64,000 bases of DNA from positions 18,098-82,097 of IMG/VR virus record IMGVR_UViG_2834443690_000002. One strand, written 5' to 3'. The stretch's first letter is position 1. Every line of letters begins with the position of its first letter. The position numbers and the translations under genes were made by a program. Below are positions 40,409-50,324 of the stretch, piece by piece. The stretch comes from a virus. Taxonomy: Duplodnaviria; Caudoviricetes. The notes under the pieces were generated by a model. It saw nothing but the letters and a program-made list of their open reading frames with translations, did not search any database and was not told the origin of the DNA.

Positions 40409-41191
40409 ATGAAAGTAATGAATAACTTAAAAAACACCAACAACGTGGAACAAATCTTCAACTTTATGGGGACTTCAATCAGAGTAGTCATGATCGATGG
40501 TGAACCGTGGTTCGTGGCAAAGGACGTTTGTGACATTTTGGAGATTGGAAACCCTACTATGGCACTCCGTAGACTTAACCCTAACGAGAAGAATACCCTC
40601 AATCTGATTGAGGGAAATAAGAAAGGCAATCCAAAAAAGAACGTTGTCAATGAGCCGGGACTGTACTCTTTAATAAGCAGAAGTGATAAACCAGAGGCAA
40701 AAGCATTTCAACATTGGGTAAACCATGAAGTGTTACCTAGCATTCGTAAAACTGGTGGGTACGTTGCTAATGACGATCTATTTATAGAGACTTACTTTCC
40801 ATTTGCCGATGATCAAACTAAATCATTGTTCCGTGACACACTGGAAACAATCCGAAAGCAGAACAATGAAATTGCTATGATGCAACCCAAAGCTATTTTC
40901 TACGATGCCCTTGTTGATCGGGGATTGCTCACAAACTTCCGTGATACTGCCAAAGAGTTGAAGATCGGGCAGAAAGAATTTATCAATTGGTTGATCGACA
41001 ACGGATATGTTTATCGTGATGGTCGTGGAAAACTAAAGCCCTACAAACAGCATGTGCCAAAACTGTTTGAGATAAAGGAACCAAGTATGGATGATTGGCA
41101 AGGAGTCCAAACATTGATAACACCTATAGGTAAGAAGGTATTCTTCGAAAAGTTAACTAACACTGACACTGGCTCCACAAAAACAAAATAA
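40409..41191 (+). CDS. Phage antirepressor (BRO-N plus KilAC/ANT)
   Basis: GEPWFVAKDVC, NEPGLYSLI, VLPSIRKTGGY, PKAIFYD, QTLITPIG. Confidence 0.9.
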   Translation: MKVMNNLKNTNNVEQIFNFMGTSIRVVMIDGEPWFVAKDVCDILEIGNPTMALRRLNPNEKNTLNLIEGNKKGNPKKNVVNEPGLYSLISRSDKPEAKAFQHWVNHEVLPSIRKTGGYVANDDLFIETYFPFADDQTKSLFRDTLETIRKQNNEIAMMQPKAIFYDALVDRGLLTNFRDTAKELKIGQKEFINWLIDNGYVYRDGRGKLKPYKQHVPKLFEIKEPSMDDWQGVQTLITPIGKKVFFEKLTNTDTGSTKTK

Positions 41192-41525
41192 ACATCAAGG
41201 TTAGATAACATTTGGATAATTAAGAAATACAAAAAACAAAAAATACCAGAAAAATATGCCATATATCATTTCAAAATGGAATTCTTAGATCTGAATAATT
41301 ATGGAGTATTCTTGATTCATTAGTATAATAGCTGCTCTCTATATACGATTACAAACCTAAACCATCGGGACGTGATTTTTTTTGTTTCGAGGTGATTGGT
41401 GCTTCTGCCGTCACCTCTTTTGTTTGGTCTAGAAACTCCCGTACTAGGCTTAGGCTTCAATTCGATTTCAACAAAAATAATCAATCAACTTTGTCTAGCA
41501 AACAAAAATAATAGGAGGTATCACC

Positions 41526-42233
41526 ATGTTATTTAATCGTAAAAATGCTCGAATTACTCTCAAGTTAATTGATGTAAATTCAAGATTAACCCTTTCCTTA
41601 GCAGACTCTAGTCTTTCAACTGAAGAATATAAAAAATTGTTAGGTCAGAAAATTGTTACCATTAAGTGGATGGTGGAGCAGCAAATTAATTGCCTAGAGA
41701 ATGCAGAAAAGGATCGTCAGTATGTTATTAATTATCTTAAAGGTGACCCAAAAGAACTACAATTTCTAAATACAATCGAAGTAACTAGCCGTCAAGCACA
41801 CTGGGTGATAGCCAACTTAGGTTACGAACTTGAACCATTGTTGTTAGCTTATGGAGGGGTTGCAGATCGAAAGGAATTTGCTCAATTAATTAATGCTGGT
41901 GTCGTTGAGACAATGTGGAAAACTCAAGCTTGTGATTCCTTTGATAAAGACACAACGTATGAAGAATGGAAATATATCATGGAACATCTCTTTTTAAACT
42001 GGATGATTGATAATCAATATCGTCCGTTCAAAAGTAATCCTCTTAGTTATGCTTTGTGGAAATCTAAAATTCAGAACAATCCTGAAACAGAATTTACGTT
42101 AGACCCTGATTATATTAAGAGAAGGGTTGCAACTGATACAGATTTTTTGAAAGAAATCAATATGATGATAAACGGAACGGACACGGACTCTGAATCTAAA
42201 TCAAATGTTATGGGGGGCTCTGATTTGTTCTAA
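41526..42233 (+). CDS. Hypothetical protein
   Basis: AGGAGG RBS; 235 aa. Confidence 0.65.
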   Translation: MLFNRKNARITLKLIDVNSRLTLSLADSSLSTEEYKKLLGQKIVTIKWMVEQQINCLENAEKDRQYVINYLKGDPKELQFLNTIEVTSRQAHWVIANLGYELEPLLLAYGGVADRKEFAQLINAGVVETMWKTQACDSFDKDTTYEEWKYIMEHLFLNWMIDNQYRPFKSNPLSYALWKSKIQNNPETEFTLDPDYIKRRVATDTDFLKEINMMINGTDTDSESKSNVMGGSDLF

Positions 42234-42384
42234 TACCAAATGAGATTGAGGGGATGTTCAAACGGACTCCCCTCTATATCAGCAAGGCTCGATCAAGTTT
42301 ATCGACCTTAAACCGACTGCACTTCATTCAGAAAAGTATTCAATTTACTTTTCAAGTACACTTGTATGTATCCTTTTTAATCTT

Positions 42385-44136
42385 ATGGAGGTAGCAAATG
42401 TGGTGTCAAATATACCAAGTCAAACAGCTATAAACCTGGAATTGAAAACCACGGCCATTGAAAGACTCGAACATCTGTTGACCGAGTACGAGTCGGGAAG
42501 TGAAAAATTTACCGTGTTCGGCCTAGTGGCAGGAGGTGGGAAAACTCAAGAGACGATCCGAATTATTGCCTCTCACATCTTAAATGGAGGACAACGTAAC
42601 TACATCTTGGTGATAAAGCAAAATATTGAGGTCATGGAATATGCCTACACAATTAACAAAATGTGTGGTCATCAAATGGCTTTGCCAATAACATGTGACA
42701 ATTGGAGAGAACTCAGAAACAACCCAGAGGTATTGTGGAACTACCGTGTTTTAGTAATTACTCACAAACGTTATCAGGATTTGTGCACTAATCCTAGATT
42801 AAGGAGGTATTTTGAGAAAAACCGACATACCCTTGTTATAGATGAGCAATTGGACGTTCCCACTGTGAGCCTTTCAGAGAAGGATTACGAGAAAATCATT
42901 GGTTACCTTCCCTGGACCCTTCATAATGAGTTTATAGAACTGTGTAGAGGGCTTATAAGTCAAATTGTTACCTGTCGGGGAATTAGCAATAGGATGATAT
43001 TAACTGGAACCTTAGTCGATCATGTAGCCGTCAAAACTTTTAGGAGTGACTTGCAAAATAATTGGACTTATATAGACAGAAAGAACGAAGTCTCTGAATT
43101 CATGAAATCGTTAGAAGTGTTTTCTCTCTTCCCTGCCCTGTACAACAATGGTAAACTGCATACCGTGGACTATAGGATAGTACGATGGAAACTGCAAAAT
43201 AACATTATCCTAGATGCTAATGCCGAAATAGATTTTCGGTACAAAATTGATCCAGATATGAATATTGAGTCACAGCCCCAAATTATGAATTACTCAGGGT
43301 CGACCATCCACGTAGCTAATTTCAATTCAACTAGAAATAACATTAATAAGACCGAAAACTACTTCCATGAGATTGCTAAGGCTATTCGTAAGTGGAAATC
43401 GTCATTGAACAAGACCCTAGTGATTGTGGATAAAAAGCATCAGGATTTGCTTGTAGATCATCTTAGGTTGGTCGGATTTCAGGAGATTGGGCAAGATGAT
43501 GACTACCAAAGTGAAGACATAGCCGTTGCTCACTTTGGAGACATCCTTGGTAAAAATCATTGGAGAGATTTCGACCAAGTATGGGTGATTGTTACCCCAT
43601 TAATGCCAATGCCTTTATACCCACTTCATTGGAGTTACTTGGCTAGGATTCATATCACCGACCAAAACCTTGAGATGTTTGGGACCCTCGGTAAGTATAG
43701 CTTTCGAGACCCAATATTCGAGGATACCAAAGTGGGATGTCTAGTGTCAGAAATATATCAAGCAATAAAACGTATTAACCGAGATAATAGTAAGCCATCT
43801 CGGTCTTTTCTTGTCCAAAGTGACGAAAGAGTCGTCGAAGGAGTAATACGGCAATTCCCCGGAATAAAGATTGGAGAGCCTATTAATTTGGACGATGTCG
43901 AGTACAAAGAAGGAAAAAAGTCTAACAAGATTCCCCGGCCCATTCAACTAGCAAACCTTCTTAGAGATTTGGATCCCGGAACCTACACTAAAAAGTATTT
44001 ATATGATCGTCTAGGGTGGCCCCCTCACAATAAGCTTGGAAGATACTTTACCGATCCAAAAATAAAGGAACTGGAAGCAATTGGTCTGATAAAAATACTG
44101 ACCCGTAAGGTAGAAGTGTATGATAAAGCAGCTTAA
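42385..44136 (+). CDS. SF2-helicase-like putative replication protein
   Basis: AGGGKT Walker A, VITH, LVIDE Walker B, ILDA, GKNHW, YQAIKRI motif VI-like, C-terminal wHTH-like region. Confidence 0.65.
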   Translation: MEVANVVSNIPSQTAINLELKTTAIERLEHLLTEYESGSEKFTVFGLVAGGGKTQETIRIIASHILNGGQRNYILVIKQNIEVMEYAYTINKMCGHQMALPITCDNWRELRNNPEVLWNYRVLVITHKRYQDLCTNPRLRRYFEKNRHTLVIDEQLDVPTVSLSEKDYEKIIGYLPWTLHNEFIELCRGLISQIVTCRGISNRMILTGTLVDHVAVKTFRSDLQNNWTYIDRKNEVSEFMKSLEVFSLFPALYNNGKLHTVDYRIVRWKLQNNIILDANAEIDFRYKIDPDMNIESQPQIMNYSGSTIHVANFNSTRNNINKTENYFHEIAKAIRKWKSSLNKTLVIVDKKHQDLLVDHLRLVGFQEIGQDDDYQSEDIAVAHFGDILGKNHWRDFDQVWVIVTPLMPMPLYPLHWSYLARIHITDQNLEMFGTLGKYSFRDPIFEDTKVGCLVSEIYQAIKRINRDNSKPSRSFLVQSDERVVEGVIRQFPGIKIGEPINLDDVEYKEGKKSNKIPRPIQLANLLRDLDPGTYTKKYLYDRLGWPPHNKLGRYFTDPKIKELEAIGLIKILTRKVEVYDKAA

Positions 44137-44490
44137 TGCCAAAGTCGTCATTTCTCTATATATACTGTTAATAGAGTTTTGTCGACTTCAAAGACATAGG
44201 GATAGTTATGTAACGTAATAAATAGCTACCCTCCACTTTACCTTTAGGTAGTAAATATCTTTACCAACTTTACTGTTTAACTTGCTCGAACGAAGTGAAG
44301 AGCATCTTCGAAACGAAGTGAAGAAGATCACTACTCTAATTTAGAGGGTGTCTTCTACTTTTATTTTAGCCTCTTCTGTCGTTAAAATGACCTGTGACCT
44401 GACTTAGTTCTATCCCGTATATCTTATTATCTCCTTTACAAACTCGTTCTTAAGGACGGGTTTTACTTTTTTAAAAGGGAGGAATATTAA

Positions 44491-45174
44491 TTGACTATAG
44501 TTCAATCGGAACGACTGTGGATTGAAGCACATGAATCAAATACTTGGAAAGAAATTGAATATGACCGTGAAGTCAGGCTAAGTCATTATAACAGTGGAAA
44601 AAGGTCTGTTACAGAATCTCTCGAAAAAGTTCTTATGGGTGGTGATGACTGGCAGCTATACGAAATATTACGACTCCCCTTAAAGAAAAAGGCTAAAAGC
44701 TACGAGAATAGGTGGGAAAACTACAGAATTTCCCAACACGATTTTGAGTCAGCTTTTTGGGAAGAAACGTGGAAAGTAATTGAGAATCGTAAATGGACAG
44801 GTGCTAACGGAAAATTCCTGTTGTACGAGACGTTATGCATTTCTTGGGACAGGGCTGCTATAGACGTAATAAGATTTGCAACTAGAAAGAAACGAGAAAA
44901 TAATGCCCGTGCCCTACCTCTTCACGATAGTTTCGAAGAGTATCATCCCGACACGAGAATTGATGTTGAAGCCGAAGTTATCAACAGACTCACGATCGAG
45001 GAAATATTGTCCGTTCAAGGATTAACATCTGAGGAAAAACAACTACTAGAGATTATCAGGTGGGATCCTGAAGGCTCGTTGAGAGAACTCGGAACACGGA
45101 TAAATTGCAGCAAAGATAAAATTAGCAGAACATTAGCCCGAATCCGAAAGAAAATTAACACAGATTTACTGTAA
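44491..45174 (+). CDS. Sigma-70-like/HTH regulator
   Basis: DFESAFWEETWK...AIDVIR (region 2-like); SLRELGTRINCSKDKISRTL HTH. Confidence 0.65.
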   Translation: MTIVQSERLWIEAHESNTWKEIEYDREVRLSHYNSGKRSVTESLEKVLMGGDDWQLYEILRLPLKKKAKSYENRWENYRISQHDFESAFWEETWKVIENRKWTGANGKFLLYETLCISWDRAAIDVIRFATRKKRENNARALPLHDSFEEYHPDTRIDVEAEVINRLTIEEILSVQGLTSEEKQLLEIIRWDPEGSLRELGTRINCSKDKISRTLARIRKKINTDLL

Positions 45175-45322
45175 GGGTTACGTAGAAAAACCTTGAATGT
45201 TCTTGCTAATAACGTGTTAATCGAATAAAATAACAAATAGGAGCAAACCGTCCTATCGACGGCTCAAAAACAGTCTCAAACCCTTATGTGGCAAGGATTA
45301 CAGGAATTTACAATTTCTGATG

Positions 45323-45370
45323 GGTCTCCAAAACCGTCAGTGAGGGTTCGACTCCTTCATCCCCTGCCAA
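45323..45370 (+). repeat. att core copy 2: 3' half of tRNA-Trp
   Basis: 48/48 identical to 26085-26132. Confidence 0.93.
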
Positions 45371-45382
45371 ATGAAAAGTGAG

Positions 45383-45409
45383 ACACCGCAAGGATTTGCG
45401 GTGTTTTTT
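45383..45409 (+). terminator. Rho-independent terminator after the att copy
   Basis: ACACCGCAA-GGAT-TTGCGGTGT followed by a T-run. Confidence 0.75.
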
Positions 45410-45438
45410 GTTTTATGCATTGACTGTATAATTTGGAG

Positions 45439-45466
45439 TTTGGGGACTATTTGGGGACTAAAGATA
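45439..45466 (+). repeat. Left arm-type repeats (2 x TTTGGGGACTA)
   Basis: 28 bp shared with the 61306-61354 array. Confidence 0.8.
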
Positions 45467-45531
45467 CGCTAAGTTACCATACCTTACGCCTAAGAACATC
45501 AAAACCAGTCTTTTTAAGTAGACTAGAATTA

Positions 45532-46926
45532 CTAAGATTTTAGAATGTCCAAGAATTCTTTTCGGTATTTAGAATTTAATAAGTTATTAAATCCCCCTAA
45601 ATCCTTATGGGCAATCAAACTTTGCTTAATATCAGCAAAATCAATTTCTATAATTTGTCGTATTACCTCCATTTCTTTTTTAATATCTTTTTCCTCATTT
45701 CTTCTATCTAGTGCGATTGCTAGTTCTATGCCTGCAAGGTAATCGTATATGTTTTCTTCAAATATTTTATTTAAAAAATAAATTCTATTTCCTCCATCTT
45801 TAAAATATTTACGTTCTAAGCCTACATAAAGTTTATAAGCTGGCACCAACTTATTTTCTTCAAATTCATTTGTTTTACCAATATTCAAAGCTATGTCAAG
45901 ATAACTTTTGATTTTATCATAAAAAGGCAGGTCTATATCAGATGCAAATTGAAAATATATAGTAGCTAATTTAATGTACATGTCAAATCTGAATTCTGCC
46001 GATTTAATCGAAGGATTCTTTTCCAATAAGCTAATTATCTTTTCGTAATTAGATCTAAGATCATAAATTCCAAATCTATCTTTTTGCTCTATTTCAAATG
46101 CCTGATTATAAATGGTATCAATTTCTAATTCAATTGTTTTAACATTTAATTGTGATAACTTATTATTGAGATCTTCACTTAATAATATATCACTTCTAGA
46201 ATGTACTGAACTACTTTCAACCATTTTTACATGCTCTTCTACTAATGTATTTTTCAATGTACAAGCTTCAATAAAATACTTTCCAAGTATTGTAGGGGTA
46301 ACAACAGAAAACTTTTGTCCGCCTCCAATTGAAAGCGTTGGTGTAACGCATCCCAATCTAGATAGATTTGCCAGAGCCAATAAAACTTCCTCATTTTTAA
46401 GTTCTGTTTGTCTTTCACTAAAATCATTTACAACAGTTGCTTTTTCTGGCAAACATGTTGTATTAACACCCCCATGCTGAATTTCTTCAAAAGGGAGACT
46501 ATATATTTTTTCAAGGATTTTTGCTTCAAAAGGTGTTAACCTTTCCAAAATATCAATGTAGCTTCTCGTTAATTCAATTTTGTTTTCATTACTAACCGAA
46601 TTCACAAGAAGCTTAGCCCATAAATCTTGTAAATAGTCATTCTCTTCAAGAGTAGCTGCTTGTAAAAGCGGAACAGCAAATTTTAGTTCTAATGGCTTAT
46701 CAGGTTTATCCATTCCAGTACTTTTCATAAATTCTTCGGCTCTTTTCATCAATCGCATTTGTCTTTCCCATCTTGTGTACTTCAACTTATCTTCGAAAAT
46801 TCCCATTCCCTGTTCTAATGAACCTGATATATATTTTGAAATGAAATGACCAAAATTTTGGGCTATATCTATTGCTTTACCTGTTGTTTTCGCAACTTCT
46901 TCCACCGTTTTTAAATCGTCAGTCAT
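45532..46926 (-). CDS. Abi-alpha/DUF4393-like protein with helical C-terminal extension
   Basis: PLLQAATLEEN..LQDLWAKLL...YIDILERLTPFEAKIL...LANLSRLGC...T.LG..FIEAC; likely start is the ATG at 46926. Confidence 0.75.
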   Translation of the reverse strand: MTDDLKTVEEVAKTTGKAIDIAQNFGHFISKYISGSLEQGMGIFEDKLKYTRWERQMRLMKRAEEFMKSTGMDKPDKPLELKFAVPLLQAATLEENDYLQDLWAKLLVNSVSNENKIELTRSYIDILERLTPFEAKILEKIYSLPFEEIQHGGVNTTCLPEKATVVNDFSERQTELKNEEVLLALANLSRLGCVTPTLSIGGGQKFSVVTPTILGKYFIEACTLKNTLVEEHVKMVESSSVHSRSDILLSEDLNNKLSQLNVKTIELEIDTIYNQAFEIEQKDRFGIYDLRSNYEKIISLLEKNPSIKSAEFRFDMYIKLATIYFQFASDIDLPFYDKIKSYLDIALNIGKTNEFEENKLVPAYKLYVGLERKYFKDGGNRIYFLNKIFEENIYDYLAGIELAIALDRRNEEKDIKKEMEVIRQIIEIDFADIKQSLIAHKDLGGFNNLLNSKYRKEFLDILKS

Positions 46927-47052
46927 TCTTAATATCCCCCAATCCCAGTATACTTGCCAGTACATCCTAATTATCGCGTATCGGTCTCGCAAAGTAAGGG
47001 AAATTATGTCGAAATAATGCACGCAAAAGAAGAGAGGCACGTACGCCCTCCC

Positions 47053-47358
47053 TCATTTTAATCCTAAATCATTTTTTAAGGTAAGCCATATATTTTTATA
47101 AGTTTGCTTTGGGTTCGTTCCTTTTGGCAGGGGATCGCGCCCTTTTTTAAATCCGGCAATGATGGGCATTTTCTTTTTAGGCTTATAGTTTGGGTTTTCC
47201 AGATGCTTTCTCTTTTCTTTCGCATCATCAATGATCTTTTTAGTAATCGTGTTCGTGATTTTCCCAGCTTGTCGGGAAGATGTTGCTACTGGGGAAAGAA
47301 CAAGGGAACCAGCTAGAATAACCATCATAACCTTAATCAGTGGATTTACAACCGGCAT
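47053..47358 (-). CDS. Small basic protein with signal/TM segment
   Basis: GAGGAG RBS; coupled to the upstream gene. Confidence 0.55.
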   Translation of the reverse strand: MPVVNPLIKVMMVILAGSLVLSPVATSSRQAGKITNTITKKIIDDAKEKRKHLENPNYKPKKKMPIIAGFKKGRDPLPKGTNPKQTYKNIWLTLKNDLGLK

Positions 47359-48035
47359 AAGTTATCGCTCCTCTCTTCTTTAATGGCAGATAAAAGATGA
47401 ACTTCAAACTTAACCTTTGTATTGGCATTGGCTATAAACTCCTTGATCTGTTGAGCACGCCTAACACTATCTGTTACCACAATGATTTTAGGGAACCGCT
47501 GAGGGTTATTTAGTCTCTTTAGTAAAGGTGATCCCGGAATACCTTCGCGATTATATAGTGATACATACTTTTCAACCTTATCGAACCTATTTCGGTTTAA
47601 TCCTGTTTCAAACTCAATACAGAACCAACGAATTTCACCTGTAATTGAGATTTTTACTGAACATAGAGCGTCAGCTTGAAGAATATCGCCAAACTCTTTT
47701 AACTGCTCAAGTTCGAAGGTAAGGAGATTTTCTCCGTATTGTCGTTTCATCCATACATAGCACCATGTTACCCCTAATGCATGCGGCACATGATCGGGAA
47801 GTTTCTTTCTATAATAAATGGTGGCAGTGTCCAAGGATAATCTAGTCTTCTTGACCAGTCTCTTATCTACAAGGATTTTCATTCTGGCCTGACACTTTCT
47901 TAAACCAGAAGGAAACCTGAAGAACAATTCTGCAATTTGATTTGTATCCATGACCTTACAAAAGGTAATGGTGTCTAAAATAGCTTGGTCACGTATTAAT
48001 CCTTTCTGTATGTTCGTCATTACTGGCAAACTCAT
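47346..48035 (-). CDS. Replication-relaxation family protein
   Basis: RDQAIL...QIAELFF wHTH; HAL; ADA...IEFE...KVEKY...FPKIIVVT. Confidence 0.75.
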   Translation of the reverse strand: MSLPVMTNIQKGLIRDQAILDTITFCKVMDTNQIAELFFRFPSGLRKCQARMKILVDKRLVKKTRLSLDTATIYYRKKLPDHVPHALGVTWCYVWMKRQYGENLLTFELEQLKEFGDILQADALCSVKISITGEIRWFCIEFETGLNRNRFDKVEKYVSLYNREGIPGSPLLKRLNNPQRFPKIIVVTDSVRRAQQIKEFIANANTKVKFEVHLLSAIKEERSDNLCRL

Positions 48036-49121
48036 ACACCCCTTTCGGGACCCGCTCGGAAAGCAGTTTCTGGGCTTCTCGTGCGTTTAAGAACATGGCC
48101 TGGGCTACTGGTCTAGGTCATTATTCCAAACGCCCCTGCCCTTAATTTTAGGCAGCTCTGCGCCTCTTGTATTTCCCGATCCAAGTACAATCTGACTGTC
48201 TGCTTGATCCCTTACGTGAAAGCACATTGCCCCTGACAATTGACTGCGAACGTCTGTAAAACCGTCCCATATTTTCGCCCCTGGCTTTTGAGTGGCAAGA
48301 ATCATACTTATACCGGATACCCTTGAAAGCACCGACAAGTCACCAATGGCCTGAAATGCTACTTTACTCCTAATCTGCGTTAACTCATCAGCAATAAGGA
48401 CGAGATAAGGCAAGTCATCGTGGTTCTCGCAATACTCCGCGAAGTTCTGCGCTCCGGCTTCTCGAAGAATACCCTGTCGCCGGTGCATTTCTTCGACGTG
48501 AAATCGAAGTAATTCTTCGGCCTCAGAGTCATTAAGGGCAAGGTTTACCCACGGACTAAAGCGCGGAAAGTCAACACCTTTGCGCTCCACTACCGATACC
48601 TTAATACCTTTAAGAAGGAAGGCAACCATCAGAACCAGAAGAAAAGAAGTTTTCCCAAAACCAGTTTGTCCGCCCACCATCATATGAGGTAATGAATAAA
48701 GGTCCTCAACGAGTGTCTTGCCGTCCGGAGTAACACCAACCGGGAAAGGAGCGATCATATCGGGATAAAGGGCAGGATCGAAATTGAATTTGATTTCTTT
48801 AGGAAATTCTCCCTTAAAGGTTTTGAGAATTAATCTCCTGCCCTTGACCTCTATCTCCACAATAGAATTAAGATAACTTTCGAAGTAATGCCGATTAGCC
48901 TCGAAGTCAGTCCGATCCACGCCAGCAGGAAGAGCAAATACATAATCTATGCCGGAATCTGTTTTATGTTCCTTTATGAGAATTGGTCTTTGCTCTTCCT
49001 TATTCTGCAAGTGCGTTGCAGTGATAACGTCCATAATGTTATTTTTCTTGAATTGCCTAATTCCCCAGCTAATCAAAGAAGCTGCAATACCTATGATGTC
49101 GGGATTAACGACACCAGGCAT
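47989..49121 (-). pseudogene. FtsK/SpoIIIE-like ATPase with a frameshift near the C-terminus
   Basis: PHMMVGGQTGFGKT, LIADE, ATQKP, GRG; TAG at 48105; the shifted frame continues VAQAMFLNAREAQKLL... Confidence 0.75.
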
Positions 49122-49132
49122 ATCATCACTCC

Positions 49133-49459
49133 TTAGTTAAAAATATTAGATAATCCGTTCTTAGCTCGTTCAATCTCACCCATTAAAGCTAAGGCGTCAT
49201 TAAATCCCAGTTTGTAGCATGATTTTTGAAGTTCAGCAAGTTGTTCTCCGTGGATAGCATCAGTGCTAGCGAAATACCAAAATAACTCTTTCCACCGTTT
49301 TTTACCAAGACGCTGTTTTATCTTGCGGTCTAAGGTATTTTGCTTTTCAAAATGCCTTTCGTAGTTACCGGATGTGTAATAATCGCATAACCTTGGACGT
49401 TCATCGAATAGGATTGCGATACATTCTGTAAGGCTTAATGAATCATTGCTAAATGACAT
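49133..49459 (-). CDS. Small helical protein (YxxGF motif)
   Basis: GGAGG RBS; CYKLGFNDAL. Confidence 0.6.
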   Translation of the reverse strand: MSFSNDSLSLTECIAILFDERPRLCDYYTSGNYERHFEKQNTLDRKIKQRLGKKRWKELFWYFASTDAIHGEQLAELQKSCYKLGFNDALALMGEIERAKNGLSNIFN

Positions 49460-49463
49460 TGTG

Positions 49464-49679
49464 CTATTCCTCCGTTAACAGTTTAACGCCTGCATATTCA
49501 TACAACTTTGCTCTTGAAATGTAGTAAGTCCACTTGGAACTCATCTTTACTGCTGATCCAAAAGGCAAAATCCCGGTTTGCAAACCAACCCTTATAAATT
49601 GTTGGCACTTTCCCAAAAACTCAGCGGCCTCACGAACCGAAACGTTTTTGCTTTCAGAGCCATCGTTAGGTTTTTTCAT
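49464..49679 (-). CDS. Excisionase-like DNA-binding protein
   Basis: VSVREAAEFLGKCQQFIRVGLQ.G.LPFG.A. Confidence 0.7.
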   Translation of the reverse strand: MKKPNDGSESKNVSVREAAEFLGKCQQFIRVGLQTGILPFGSAVKMSSKWTYYISRAKLYEYAGVKLLTEE

Positions 49680-49710
49680 CTGATAATCCCTTTTTCTTCC
49701 ATATTAATTG

Positions 49711-49980
49711 TTAAGCTGTTTTTGGCATTACTTCTTCTGAAAATTCAAAAGCATCACTAAATCCCATCTTATAGCCTGTTTCCTCGCAAATACCCAATAA
49801 TTCTGATCCTACTCTATCCAAGTCAAGGAGAAGTTGAACTACATCTTCTGGTAACAACTTTGCAATTTCATCGATAAGTTTGCAATACTCACCCCTTTTG
49901 ACACCGAACTCATCAGGGTAAATATCTGGTGCTGAAGCTTCTTCCATTCTGGTATGGTACAAAATTCCGATTAAATCCAT
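49711..49980 (-). CDS. Small helical protein (YxxGF motif)
   Basis: GYKMGFSDAF. Confidence 0.55.
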   Translation of the reverse strand: MDLIGILYHTRMEEASAPDIYPDEFGVKRGEYCKLIDEIAKLLPEDVVQLLLDLDRVGSELLGICEETGYKMGFSDAFEFSEEVMPKTA

Positions 49981-50036
49981 TGGTTTCCCTCATCTCCTTA
50001 AATTTATTTTTTGTTATTCCAAATCACCGACGATTT

Positions 50037-50324
50037 TTAGGCACCTCTTCTAAAATCAAATGTTTCAACCTTGGTAAGGCCCAACTCATTAAACGTCATA
50101 GCTGCCATCAAATCGCTTATTCCATCTCTATAACCTGCGCTAAAGCAGATATCTTCCATGGTGAAAAAAGCATCCTCAATTAGGCCTAAAGTTTTAGGGG
50201 ATAACTCTATGATTTCCTTTAAAGCGTTCCTAACCCATTCCCTAGCCTCTTGATACTCTTTAGTACATATAAATTTTTCATGTCGATTGCTAATAAGTTC
50301 TTCGAGATTGCTGTCGGTATCCAC
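50037..50324 (-). CDS. Small helical protein (GYRDG motif)
   Basis: FSAGYRDGI. Confidence 0.55.
   Translation of the reverse strand: MDTDSNLEELISNRHEKFICTKEYQEAREWVRNALKEIIELSPKTLGLIEDAFFTMEDICFSAGYRDGISDLMAAMTFNELGLTKVETFDFRRGA

Larger units (their letters stand above)
26133..45370. mobile_element. Capsid-less integrative element (satellite/IME-like), about 19 kb
   Basis: Bounded by identical 48-bp att copies; carries integrase, resolvase, antirepressor, helicase-like and sigma-like genes; no virion or conjugation genes recognised. Confidence 0.85.

Noticed and set aside
40300-41470. Hairpin-rich leaders before 40409 and 41526 as riboswitches or antisense RNAs
   Set aside because: Inverted repeats are present but I recognise no family motif; an Rfam/Infernal search would be needed
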